A program made the position numbers and the translations under genes. From Camelus ferus (taxonomy: Eukaryota), in contig NC_045717.1 in the NCBI RefSeq assembly GCF_009834535.1, positions 21,886,001 to 21,950,000 of the forward strand: a DNA stretch of 64,000 nucleotides, read 5' to 3'. Position 1 is the stretch's first letter; each line of letters starts with the position of its first letter. The notes beneath the pieces are model-generated. The model saw nothing but the letters and a program-made list of their open reading frames with translations. It searched no databases and was not told the DNA's origin. This document shows, piece after piece, positions 50,431-63,290 of the stretch.

Positions 50431-51479
50431 AGATGTTCTCTGAGTGACTTGTATGTGCCAGCCTGATGCTGGGTGTTGGGGACACAGCAGGGAACAAAGC
50501 AGACATGCTCCTGTCCCCATGGAGCTCATAATACAATACACAAGTAAGCAGATTCATGAACAAATGAGATAACACAGTGTGATGGGGCCTAGTAGAAAAG
50601 AAACAGGGTGGTGTGATTTATCAAGGAAGGTCTCTAAGGAGATACCATCTGAGCTGAGATCCAGAGATGAGGAGGGCCTGGGTTGATGCAAATGAGAGTA
50701 GCGGTGGTGGAGATTTCCAGAGAAATATGCAGCAGGTGCAAAGGCCCTGAGGCAGGACCGAGTGTTGGAGGACCAGTAAGGATTCCCGAGTGGCTGGAGC
50801 AGAGTGAGTAAGGGGGAGCCTGGGAGGAGGTGAGGGCAGGGAGGTGATTGGGCAGATCCTGCAGGGTCTGTGGGCTATGGGGAGGAATTTGGATAATTTC
50901 CTCCAACATTTTATGATGAAAAATTTCAAACTTACAGAAAAGTTGAAAGAATTTACAGTGAACATCTGTATACCTACCACTAGACTCTACCATTCACATT
51001 TTGCTCTATTGCTTCATTTCACATCTGCCCATCCTTCCATCCCTCTATCCACCTGGCAGTCCACTTTCAGGGTGCATTTCAAAACAAGCAGCAGACATCA
51101 AGTCACATCACCCCTAAATATTTCAGCATGCAGATCATTAACTAGAATTCAGTATTTTTTTTTTCCCTTTCAAGGTTAAATTTACTAGAGAAAAAAAATT
51201 CACGTGAGGTGTACGGTTGCTGAGTTTTGACAAATACAAGCACCTGTGTAAATCAACTTCTGGCCACAAAACGTTCCCGTCCCTCCACAAGGCTCTCTCT
51301 CGGGCCCCTTCCTGGTCAATCTCCATCTCCACCGTCCAAAAGGAACTTCTGCTCCAATTTTTTTTTTCCATCACAGATTACTTCCGTCTCTGCCAGAACT
51401 TCGTCTAAATAGAATCACAAACCCTGTCTTTGTGTCTGGCTTCTTTCACTTGTGTCATGTTTTCGAGATTCATCCCCGT

Positions 51480-52210
51480 TATTACTTCTGTCACCACCAA
51501 GCAATTCTCCGACACTAGCTGGGTGTCCTACAGTGCAACTCAAGTCTGACACTAGCTACCTGGAGGTACACAGGTGGATGGCTCTGTCCCAGACTGCACC
51601 TGCCGCGCTTCAGACGCCCATCACAAGTCCGGATTGTCACCTGTGTGTCTGACCGACCAGCTGGAGATCAGAGGTTCCCACAGTCCCCTCCTTGGGTTTG
51701 ATTAATTTGCTACAGCAGCTCATAGAACACAGAAACACAGTTTATTTGCTAGATTACCGGTTTTTTATAAAAGGATGTAACTCAAGAACAGCCACATGGA
51801 AAGGGTCATCGGGCAAGTTATGGGGAAAGGGCTCAGAGCTTCAATGCCCTTTCTGGATGCACCACGTTCCCCAAACCTCCACGTGTTCACCAACCCAGCT
51901 TTCTGAACCCTGTGCTTTTGGGTTTTTAATGGAGGCTTCATTATATAGTCATAGTAATTAAATCATTGGCCACTGGAGACCTGGGGGTGGGACTGAAAGT
52001 TACAACCCTCAGATCACCTGGTTTGGTCCCTGGCAACTGGCCCCTTCCTTAGGTGACCTGGTGGGCTTTCCAAAAGCCCTGCATAAGCATAAGAAAAGAC
52101 AACTTCACTTCTCTCCTCACTGAGGACAGTCCCAAGGTTTTTAGGAGCTCTGTGACGGGACCAGGGACGAGGGACAGAAGACCAAATAGATATTTCTCAT
52201 AGCACATGTC
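51480..52210. mobile_element. MER21-like LTR
   Basis: caagcaattc..gacactagctgggtgtcct..tctgacactagctacctggag..ggttcccacagtcccctccttgggtttgattaatttgcta resembles the MER21 consensus. Confidence 0.75.
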
Positions 52211-52561
52211 AAATACAGAAAAAAAGAAAAATTATCAGAGTCTGGGGAACTGGGTGAACCAGAATGGTGAGCGGATTTGGGGGCAGGACTTGGGTTTGGT
52301 GTTGGATAAGACAAACAGTGGGGGAGGGGGGACCTCAGATGTCCCTGGGATGCGGGGAGGAGGCAGGAGCTCCTCTGGGCTGGGGCAGGGGCAGGAGGAC
52401 TGTTTAAATCCACAGGGATGGATGGAATTCCCCAGGGAGGAGATGTAGCTGAAGGGGCAGCCCAGAGACCATGCCGGGTAGAGGGGAGGTGTGAGGTGGG
52501 GCGTCCAGATTCAGGCATCAGTGACGCGATTAGCAGTGACTGCCACCACTGGACACTCCAG

Positions 52562-53041
52562 TGTGGGAGGGACACTAGAAGGCAGCAGCCTGACCAATGG
52601 GCAAGGGTGTCCAAAAAGAAACCCCCCAAAACACAGAGCAGCCCTCACCATCCAGTTATGCAAAGGGTTAAACTGCAACCCACTGCAGTCAACCACAGAC
52701 AGTTTGCCCTGAGGGGAGTTCAGGATATAAGCCACACCCCCGGAAGAATTTCGATGACCCCAGATTCTCGCATCTTCCCATACACAGAAAAGCACGAAAA
52801 TCATTAACTTAAGATGTCTGTTCTATGTGATTAGCAGTCATTTTTTACCAAGATGTATGCTTGACTGTGTCCATGTCCTAGCCAAAAAAATTCATGTATT
52901 TCCTGGCTCCTTCCCTACCTGGTCCGGAGCAGTTTACTCAGAGATACTAAGTGGCTGTTTCCAGGGCTACAGTCCTCAGTAAGACCCAGAATAAAACAAA
53001 CTCACAGCTCTCACGTCCTGTGGTTTTTCTTTAAGCTGACA
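52562..53041 (+). mobile_element. Probable solo ERV LTR (~480 bp)
   Basis: TG...CA termini, TATA-like GATATAA (~52716-52722), AATAAA at 52990-52995 and a GT/T-rich U5. No clear TSD. Confidence 0.65.
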
Positions 53042-56000
53042 GGTATGTGACAGTGGTTAGCCTAGCCTAGACCCCACAAGGCTCAGGGGGCCCAGGCCGA
53101 ACAGACAGATGGACAGGTGGATGTGGGGACTTTTGCTCAAGGGGCTGCTCTCTCTAGAAAAAGAACCTTGCCAACAGGCAAAGCTCGCTTGATCCCAGGC
53201 ACCCACTGGAGCGCAAGGGCCCATGCCCAGCCTGGAATTCCTGGCCCCACCTCCCAGCCAGAGCCACACCCACCACAGAGCATCCACAGCTGGCTCCTCA
53301 GGGACCCTTCTGCTCATCAGACATCCAGCTAGAGCTGGGGCCAGAGCCCAGGAGTCCAGGCCCCCAGCCCCATGCTTGTCCCCCACCCAAGGGTGCCCAG
53401 ATCGGCGTCCACCGCAGCTGTGGTGCCTGCATGTCTTGATGAGCTTCAGGGATGAGTGAAAACACACAAGAGCAATGGCATTTCAAAATCCCAGGCCCCT
53501 GCCCATGTCCCCAGCCTCAAAGCCCACTATTCACTGCCTATTCCCACCATACTATGTGATTTCACACACCCCAGACTTCATAAATGCTGCCTTCTGCCTA
53601 GAATGCCCAGCTAACACTTACTGCCCCAGGCTGGGTGCTGAGGATACAGGATAGTGGGGAACCAAGCAAGGTCTCAGCACTCACAGGGCTTACCTATCTT
53701 TCTTGTCTGGCTGGCAAACTCCTATGCATCCTTCAAAACCCAGTCCAGTCATCACCTCCTGGAGGCACCTCCCAAGTGCCCCCACCTCAGATCCAGTTAA
53801 AGCACCCTCTGCCAGCTCTGCCTCATTCACTGTGACACTGGGAACTGGCTGGGCAGTCTTTTGGGAGAGTGAGAGTAGAGGAGGAAGGAAGCACGATGAC
53901 CCTCAGCTGAAGCCGGCGCAGCCTTTTCCGGCCCCAAAGTCAGACAGGGGAATAGAAACGAACTTTCCAAACCAGAGAGCCCGCCAAGGGGGCTTCAGAC
54001 CGACATGCCCTGACTGCAGAGGTCCCGGCCCTGGGAGTCCTGTGCTCTCTAACCTGTGTCTGTCTGATCCCCCAACCCTTTCACCTTCTTGGTAAAGAAG
54101 AGACGCTGAGGTCTGAGAAGAAAACAGGGTCTGGAACCCAGCAGACTGGCCAGAGGCCCAGCTCCCATGCTCGCAGCCCCGGATGCCTGTGTCTTCTCCC
54201 ACCTCTCGGTGGGACAGGTGCCCTCCTTACGTTGTGGTTGAGTAGGCCGCATGTGGAGCCTGTGGGCAGGGTCTGGCACACAGAAGGGGCTCTGCCTCCC
54301 CCTAGCCCCTCATATTTAGACCCACTCCTGCCCTCTACACTCTGGCCCTGTTGATACACTCCATTCCCCCAACCAGCTCAACTCACTGCAGGGGCTGCTT
54401 GATGGGCTTCCAACTCATCAAGCTCACTCCTGCCCCAGGGCCTTTGCACGTGCTTTGTCTAACCCACCAAGTTCACTCCTGCCCCAGGGTCTTTGCATGT
54501 GCTGTGTCCAACTCACCAAGCTTCAATTTCATTTTTTCTCTTTTGGACCCCAGCTCCTTTGCTCCTTCCCTGTGATACTCTGCCTCTTAGGGCCTCAGCT
54601 GCCCATCTGAAAAACAGGTACAGCCAGATCTTCTGCTTTACCGCCTGGAGACTCAAGAGGCCAGGCAGTTTGTCAACACTCCACACTGGTAGCTGAATGG
54701 ATTTGATTCCTGCAACGTACCTGTCATGTGACCTCGAGCAGGTGAACTGGCCGCCCCATGTTTTAGTTTCCTCATCTGTAAAATGGGAATAGCAGTAGCC
54801 CCCTCCATGTCGGGGTGGTTGGGAATGATGCCTGGGGTGGAATGAGCACTGAGTAAAATCATCAGCAGTAGAGAAGAGGGGGTGGTGGATGGGGGGCAGC
54901 CTGGAGAGCAGGCTGTTGGGCTGCAGCAGGTTCTAGGGGGTCCTTCCCGGAAACCCCCGGCCTCTGCAGGCTTCCGAGGGCTGGCTTGGCTAAAGCTGCC
55001 ACGGGCTCCCTTGGAGAATCACCAAGTGGGCGATTCAGCCTGACCAACCTGAGCCTTCTTCCCAGTTACCCCGTCCTCCCCACACTCCCCACCCGGTTTC
55101 CCAGCCTGGCTGCTTTTTGAAGGCTCTTTGGCCCCGCTCCCAGCCCTGCCACTGCCACCTGGGAGCCAGACTGATAATCCTTCTTAGTGGCTAAAAATAC
55201 CCCCAGATTGGGGGAAAGAGAGATGAGGGCTTTGTGCTGATCCGGAGAGGGGGGAGGATGAGCAAGGATTCCTGTTACTCCCCCAAACCCCCAAGTGCCC
55301 CAGCACCACCCAGCGGAGCAGGTCTGGGCACCTCGGTTGTTTTGTTTTACTTTAAATCGAGCTGGAAACACAGGACTTGGCCGGGTTGTGAAGAAGGAAA
55401 TCAATTCAGACTCCAGATGTCTGGGCCGCCCAGGGAAGAACAGATACACACACACTCACCCGGCCCCCGCAGCCTGGCCTGCTGCCCAGGGTCACCTGAC
55501 TCCTTTGGCTGGAGGCCCAGGCAGAGAACACATGATGTGCTGAGCAGGGGTTATTTGTAGATAATCGCAGCAGCCACCCCTGCACTGGGCCCAGGCTCCT
55601 CGACTCAGGCCTCTCTGAGAAGCTCCATGACGGGTGCTAATGCCCAGAGATGCAGCTGGTCCAGAAGACACTGCCATGCTGCTCCCTGCAAAGACCCCAA
55701 GGAGGGCCCTGAGTCCAGGGCTCTGCCTATTTCCAGCCTCTCATATTTAGACCCACTCCTACCCTCCACACTCTGGCCCTGTTGATACAAACCCCCTCCT
55801 GCCACCAGCTCAATTCACTGCAACGGCTGCTTGAAGGGCTTCCAACACACAAGCTCACTCCTGCCCCAGGGCCTTTGCACATGCTGTTCTCCCACACAAC
55901 TCCTGTCTAGCTCTGTCTCATTATTCACATCTCAGCTCACCTGTTACCTCCTCAGAGAAACCTTGGATCACTACCAAAGCCAGTGTATTATGCCATCTCC

Positions 56001-57274
56001 TTACCCTGCTTAGTTCCTTCAGCCCTCTCATCCCACTTAATCTGTTTTTGTATTTACATATTTGTCTGCCTCACCCCACGGCATAAGCCTCACCAAGGCG
56101 AGAATGCTGTTTAGTAACTGCTGTGTCCTCAAACAGGGCCTGGCACAACATTAGGTGCCAACTAAGTGTTTGCTAAGTGGATGAATGAGTGGGTAGAAGA
56201 GACACATGGACAGGTGGGTGGACATGAGGACTTTGGCTCAAGTGGTCGAACTTTCTAGAAAAAGAAACCACCTGCTTTAATGGGCAAGGTGAGCTCAATC
56301 TCCCTAAAGTAGGTTCACTGTCTCCTCCTTTCAGAACTCAGAAGACGGAGGCTCAAAGCAAGAAGCAGCTGGATGGAGGTCACCGCACCAGCAAGGAGAG
56401 AACCAGGGCTGGAAGCTCGTGGGCGGGGGGGGGGGGGGGGGGTGCTGTCCACCAGCGGGCTCAGGGCTCACAGGACCTGGTGGAGGCCTCCCAAGGCCTG
56501 TCTGCCTATCAGGGTTTCCCAGGGAGCAGGGCACCAGGAAGGTGCATATGATTTCCTAACTTTGCTTTCTTAACTCCTATGCCAGCTGGCAGGCTCAGGG
56601 GCCTGGGTGAGCCTTGGTGAGGGCTGGCTGTGCCCGCTCCTCCCCAGAACCAGCTCCCTCCCTCCCACTGCCTCTGCTCCAGCCCAGCCCCTGCACCAGC
56701 CCACAGCAGGTGCTGGGATTCCCAAGAGCTTCCCCTGGCATCCAGCCTGCAGGCCTTTCCACCAGCTTCACTGGGCCAGTTCCGACTAGTCTTTAAGATC
56801 TAGATCAGATTCAATTCCTGACTCAAGAGGCCGCCCCACCAAGGGCCTCTCTTCAGAGCTTTTGTTCAGCCCTGGCCGGCCTGGCCTGGCAGAGCTTAGA
56901 GAGCGAGGTGGCTGAGTCCCTCCTCCCTCCCCCAGCCCGGATGACGTGGGTCCCCAGCATCACCTGGCGTGGGTGTGTGTTGCTGGTGGGGTCAGTCAGG
57001 GTGGTTTCAAGAAGGACTGAGGCAGGAGAGGGGATCAGGTCTCTGGAGTTTGAGGGGGAAACGGCAGGCACAGCCCTTGCGGCGGGCGGGGGCGGAGGCA
57101 GCAGGGTCAGATTGTCACCTGCAGGGCAGGGGCCAGGGCAAGGGTGAGGGCGTGCACACAGACAGGTGTGTAAGAGGAACTCACTTGGCCCATTACAATT
57201 AAAACCAGAATCACACGGCTCTATTGAGGTATTCCTGGCATACAAAAACCATATGTGTTTAAAGTGCACGATTC

Positions 57275-57560
57275 GGGGGAGGGTCTAGCTTAGCAGCAGA
57301 GCACGGACTTAGCACACACGAGGTCCTGGGTCCAATCCCTGGTACCTCTGTCAAAAATAAATAAACACGGGGTGGAAGGTACAGCCTTCCAGTGGTAGAT
57401 TTGGTGTGCCCGAGGTCCTGGATTCAATCCCAGTGCCTCCATTAAGGGTGCAATAAATAAATAAAGATATTATAAATAAATAAAAACCTAATTACCCCCC
57501 CAAATAAATGCATAAATCTAATTACCTCCCTCCTTCCCCCCAAAAAAAGAAAGAAAGAAA
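57275..57560 (+). mobile_element. Two tandem vic-1-like SINE heads
   Basis: Head at ~57275-57365 with a short A tail, immediately followed by a second degenerate head and a full CCTAATTAC tail. Confidence 0.75.
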
Positions 57561-58132
57561 GAAAAGTAAAGTGTGATGTGATGCACCTGACATATGTACA
57601 TAGTGGTGAAATCATCACCGCAATCAAGACACTGAACACACCCATCACTCCCCGAGATTTCCTCGTGTCCGTTAAGACTTCCTCCCTCTCCTCTGGTCCA
57701 GTGAAAAGTGGAAGCAACCCGGATGTCCAACGCCGGAGGTGGTGGGGGAGCGGTGAGGGAGGGGTGGGAATCAGAAACCTCAAGATTCCATACAATGAAA
57801 CAGTCCATCAGGGTTTAAAAGGAGGAGGCAGCTATGACACAGATGAACCTGGAGGACGTGCTGCTCAGTGAAGTAAGCCAGGCTCAAAAGGACAAATATT
57901 GTCTGAGTCCCCTTAGAGCAGATCCCCAGAGGGGTCAGATTTACAGAGAGAGGAAGTGGGATGGTTGGGGGGGGGTCCGGAGCAGGGGGATGGGGAGCTG
58001 ACTTTAATGGGGGCAGAGTTTCTGTTTGGAAAGACCAAAAGTTGTGGAGACTGGTTTCCCAGAAATGTGAATATACGTAACACTACTGAACTGTGCACTT
58101 AAAAAGAGTCAAGATGGTAATTTTTTTTTTTT

Positions 58133-58248
58133 GGAGGAGGGGAGGTAATTAGGTTTATTCATTTATTTACTTATTTAATGGTGGTACTGGGGATTGAACC
58201 CAGGACCTCGTGCAGGCTAAGCTCTATCACTGAGCTACACCTTCCCCC
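58133..58248 (-). mobile_element. vic-1-like SINE
   Basis: Same head and tail on - strand. Confidence 0.8.
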
Positions 58249-58299
58249 TGGTTAATTCTTTTGTTATACGTATTTTACCACAATTTAAAAAATTTTTTT

Positions 58300-58963
58300 A
58301 AATACAAAAATTACCAAATTGGGATGGGGGGAGGAGGAAAATCTATGCTCACAGACTTGGGAAGATCGTTGAGTTGAAAAAACAAAATGAAAGCAAAATG
58401 CAGAGAGACACTAATGGCCTGATAAACATAATTCACGGAGCAGAAAACCACCAGAAGCATTCTGCTTCTGGTAATAGCAGAGTTAGCTGCATCAGACAGC
58501 CCTCTCGGAGATGCCAATGACACTCTCTGGACTACACATCAAAAAACGCCCTGAAAGTGCTGGTGTGGCAACGTCCAGTGTGGTATCCACCAGCCACACG
58601 TGGCCATTTCCATTTCAATTAATTAAAATTAAATAAAACTTGAAATTCAGTTCCTCAGTTGCACCAGCAACATTTGTATACTCAGTAGCCACATGTGGCT
58701 TATGGCTGCCATATTGGGCAATGGAGATATGGAATATTTCCATCATTGCAGAAAATTCTACTGGGCAGTCCTGCTCTAGAGAGTGACCAAAAATAGGTGT
58801 AAGTTGGAGGAGAGTCTGTATCTATGGTAAGGGAACCCTATGGGGTGAGCTTCCCATTTTTCATTTTTATTCATCAGAATTAGAAACTGGCTGGAAAAAT
58901 GAGAAGATGGAGCACAAAGAGATCACAACAGTTTAACCATGGGACAGAACATGCAAGAAAGGA

Positions 58964-58995
<32 letters not shown>

Positions 58996-59985
58996 GGTCC
59001 AAATTCTACACAAAAATGCTGTGCAAGTCTCTTGCTAAGCCTTGAAGTATATGCAGGGCAGATTCCAACCAGCCTAGGTAAAGCTGAAAGAAAAAAAGCT
59101 TTCATCTGCTACCTATCACAGGGGAAATAGACTATGGAGCTTAAGCCCAGACAGTTTAACTGCCTTTTAAAAAATACATTAAAAAACAATCAATGTTCTT
59201 CAGAGGAACATAACAGAATCCAGAGTCTCAATAATATATCTTTCAGAATGTCCAGAACACAATCCAAAATTACTTGACACTGAAGAAACAGAAAAACATG
59301 ACCTACACTCAGGAAGAAAATTAATGCGGACTGATCCTGAGGTGAACCACATGTTGGAATGAGCAGATAAGGACTCTGAAGCAGTGATCAGAAATACACT
59401 CAAGGAGGTGAAGAAAAAGTACCTCCTAATGAATGAACAAGGAAGAAACTTCAGCAAAGAAGCAGAAACTATAAAAATGCACCAAATGGAAATTCTACAC
59501 CTGAAAAATACAAATACTAGAAATAATGCACTGTGGACTCAGCCGTTAAAAAAAAAAATGTATATATATATATACATATATTTATATATATCTCATATAT
59601 ATATATGAGATTTTGCCATTTGTAACCACATGGATGGACTTGAAGGGTATTATACTTAGTGAAGTAAGGCGGACAGAGAAAGATAAATACTACATGCTAT
59701 TGCATATGTGAAATCTAGGAAAGAAAGCAAACTAGTGAATAGAACGAAAAAGAAACAGACTCACAGATACTGAGAACAAAGTAGTAGTTACCAGTGGGGA
59801 GAGGGAAGTGGGGAGGGGCAAGACGGGACAGAATTAAGAGTTACAAACTACTGTAAAGGTTGTATAACTACTATAGAGATACAAAATAAATAAGCTATAG
59901 GAATATACTGTACAGCACGGGGAATACAGCTAATGTTCTATAGTAACCATAAGTGAAATATAACCTTTAAAAATTGGAAATCACA
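58300..59985 (+). mobile_element. L1M 5'/ORF1 remnants, embedded MER3-like hAT element (~58567-58778) and L1 3' end (~59606-59985)
   Basis: ORF1-like A-rich text (aaacttcagcaaagaagcagaaactataaaa..caaatggaaattcta), MER3-like tagccacatgtggc and cattgcagaaaattcta, and L1 tail acatggatggacttgaagg. Confidence 0.7.
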
Positions 59986-60115
59986 GGGGGAGGGTCTAAC
60001 AGTGGTAGAGCTCATGCTTAGCATGCACAAGGTCTTGGGTTCAATCTCCAGTGCCTCCATTAAAAATAATGAATTAATTATAAATAAATAAATAAACCTA
60101 ATCACCTCCCCCCTC
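59986..60115 (+). mobile_element. vic-1-like SINE
   Basis: Same head and tail on + strand. Confidence 0.85.
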
Positions 60116-63100
60116 CAGGGGGCGGGGGAAAGAAACCAATTCCCAGTCAAGTACAGTCCCCCAAGGAGATGTCACTACCCACCTTCCAGGCTGGAGGGAA
60201 TTCTAGGCTCCACGTTGCACCCCGAGGCCATCCCTCCTCCACCCAGCCTGGGCTCACACCTGTCCAGCTCTAGCCAGCGGGCCTCTGGTCCCCTCTGCCG
60301 CCCCCTTGTGGAGACCAGCTCAGGGAGGGGCAAGCAGGAGCAAAACTCAGACTGCCTTCCGGGACAGCAGGCCTCGTGCACACCTTGTCCACGATAGCAG
60401 GGACTGTCCAACACATCAGTGTCGGTACCATCCCAGTGTTGCCCTGTGTCCTCTCGCGCTGGCCGTTCTCCCTGGGAAATCTCACCCACCCAGAAGCCTT
60501 GGTTGGCTTGCCTGTGCTTCGGTTTTCCAGATTCCTGCATCTCCCAGATTTCTCCCCTAATGCCACCAACTGCCACCCCAACACCGCCTGGCTGTTCGTT
60601 GCACAGACACATCACACTTAAGTCATTCTCCACCCAGAGTGTGCTTTCTTCCTCCTAAGGCTTCTCGGCCAAGATCCCACCATCCACCCACTCTTTGGGA
60701 ACAGGAACCTGGGTGTCACCCCGGACTCCTCCTCACACACTCCTATCCCCCTGCCCATCCTGGACACTCAGCTGCCCACCAGGTCCTGCATCCATCTCCC
60801 TGGTAACAATCAAGCTAGTTCCTTCTCCATCAATTCTCACAACCAAGGCCCCATCTCTCATCTCAGTCATCATGGCCACCTACGCCTTGGTCTCCCTGCC
60901 TCTGTCTATCTGCATCTCCCTCCCCCAAAGAGAGAGCGAGGTGCGGCATCACATGCAGACAGTAGCCATAAAACTAACACAGTGAAAACAAGGTAACATT
61001 CGGTCCTGGCCAGTACCGGACCCTGGCAAGTCTGCCAGCCCAGGTCTAAGCCCTCCTGGTTTGAAGGGAGGTTGGCAAGTACCTGTCACCTGAGCCTTAG
61101 AGACACAGTGGGAACCTTGGGCCTCAATGTTCACTGGAACGTGGGGGGGGGGGATTCTCCTGTGGGCAACCCTGGCAGGGGGACTGTCCTTGGGATTTCA
61201 CAGTTGAGGGAAGTGCTGCAAGAGGTCACCAGTGGCTGGCTTCTGGGGGCGGGGTGGGTGATGGGGGCTGGGATAGGTGCTGGGGGCACAGCTGGGTAGG
61301 GATATCTTTGGGGAGTGGGGTTGGGGGTAGAGTGTGCTGGGGTGGGCAGCCTGATGTGGGAACTCCCGGCTTGTGCAGGAATTTGGGGGCGTACGGCCTG
61401 GGGTGGGAAAGGACAACTCCCTTTTGGGCAAATTCTGGATGTGGGACTCGGAGAAGGTACCGTCTGGGAGGCAGGAGGGATGATGATGGGGAGAGGGTGT
61501 GGCCTCAGGAGCCCCGGTGCCCCCTGACTTGACATGCACCTGGAACAGACACCTGCAGACCTGTCCAGGTCCCAGAAGAGCTGAGGAGTGAGACAGAGGC
61601 GGCCCGGGGAACCTCAGAGGAAGCCGATTTGGGTGGATCTGCTCCTGCGAGGTGGCCTCGGGCTAGGGGACTAACAGCACCTTCTGTGAACGCGTCATTA
61701 CCCTAGCCCTGAGGGGCTGGTGCGGAAACCCCAGGGGTTTCTGTCCGTGGGCCCTTTAAGGACCAGAGGTGTTTATGTAAATGAATGTCAAGCACTTCCT
61801 CTGGGAGGCAGTCTGTCCTTCCCCACCCATCCCTATCTCACAGCCCTACAGCGGCTCACTATCCCTCCTCCCGCTGGAGAGGGGCACCCTAATCTCATCA
61901 CGGAGGCCTTTGTGATCTGGCTCTGCTCACCACCCTCTCTCCCCCACGGTACCTCCTGCAGCCACCAGACTCCACGGTTCTCAGCGTGGGGTCCCCAGCC
62001 TGCCCAGGGTCTATTCAAATCTCAGAAACATCGTTCTAATGCAGAATCTGGATGCCTAACGCAACTGCCTTTGCCTGGGCTGGGCTGTTCCCTCCATGTG
62101 AATCACTATTCACCCTCTCCTAGTTCTTCAAGTAAGCCACCTGCCTGTTGCTGCCTCCAGGAAGCCTTCCAGGGCTGCCCAGGGCTGTGTGGTTCCTTTG
62201 TTTGGCTCCGGTTATCCTGCGTTGTAACTGCCCAAGGAGGTGTCTGTCTCCTCAACGCAGGAGGTGGCTGGGAGCGGGGGCGGGGTGGGGAGAGGCAGTA
62301 AACAAGTTCCAATTCCTGTGGGTGTCCATCACCAGCTCCAACTTGGGCTGAGGTTCAAATATTACCTCCTCAGAAGAGCCAAGTTACATCAGCATGAATA
62401 AGGCAGTGAAGAATGCCTGGGCAAAAACACAACTTTAATGCTGCTAACATCTACAATGGGGGGTGATTACAGAAGATTCCAGTAATCGCAGAAAGAGAGC
62501 TAGTCTGTTTTCTCAATAAAGAACTGCTCTGAATGAAAGTTAGTGGCTGCCAATATCCCCAACTTAATGGTTTCTAAATATTCTGGGACCAATATCTAAG
62601 CCAGATTTGAGCAAGATTGTATGCAAATGACTTGTGTACTTTTCAGACTTCCCAAGGTCCTAAGGCAAGACTGTTTCACCAAATGCCAACATGTCAATTG
62701 GCGAATCTCACTCAAGAATCCTGGCAGAATACTGTTGCTGGTTGAAACCAGTTGAAATAGGCCAGCACCTATGGCCCTCCTGACTGGTAAAATTCACAGC
62801 AAGCATCTTCCTAATGTCATCAGAGCACAGGGAAGACTTCCTGCTGTACTCCTGGAAAAGTCCTGAAAATCCTTAACCCGGGGAGCCAAGGTCACTGAAC
62901 CCAGGACCCAGAAATTCAGGCTTGCAAGCAAGAGACCTCACTCCCTGTATTATTCAAATCAATGCACCCTTGGCCATAGACCTCAACAGATGTGTGGCAT
63001 CATGTGAATTTGGTTGTTTCCATCCATCAAAGAGGCGATGGTTTCAAAATTCAGATTCGCGACTTTGCCAATGAGAAGAAATACATCAGAGGATGCATGT

Positions 63101-63124
63101 GCCTGGGCACAGCCTGACACCTCC

Positions 63125-63290
63125 TCCAAGGATTGCCTCAGTGGTAGAGCATGTGCTTAGCATGCACGAGGTCCTGGGTTCAATCCCTAGTATCTCCATT
63201 AAAAAAAAAAAGAGTAAATAAATAAACCTAATTACCTCCCCTTTGCAAAAGAAAGAAAGGAAGGAAGGAAGAAAGGAAGAATTGCTTTGT
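63125..63290 (+). mobile_element. vic-1-like SINE
   Basis: CTCAGTGGTAGAGCATGTGCTTAGCATGCACGAGGTCCTGGGTTCAATCCC plus tail and GAAA repeats. Confidence 0.85.

Noticed and set aside
49406-50443. 345-aa and overlapping 196-aa ORFs rich in S/I/H/P
   Set aside because: They are translations of the (CATC)n simple repeat, which lacks stops in these frames; the region is intronic to CERS4.
62419-62439. IKVVFLP on the - strand, resembling a Tigger/pogo transposase motif
   Set aside because: The expected downstream QP(L/M)DQG motif is absent and the frame stops shortly after; too short to support the call.
62621-62628. Perfect octamer ATGCAAAT (also near 50686)
   Set aside because: One or two occurrences are expected by chance in 64 kb, and there is no supporting context.
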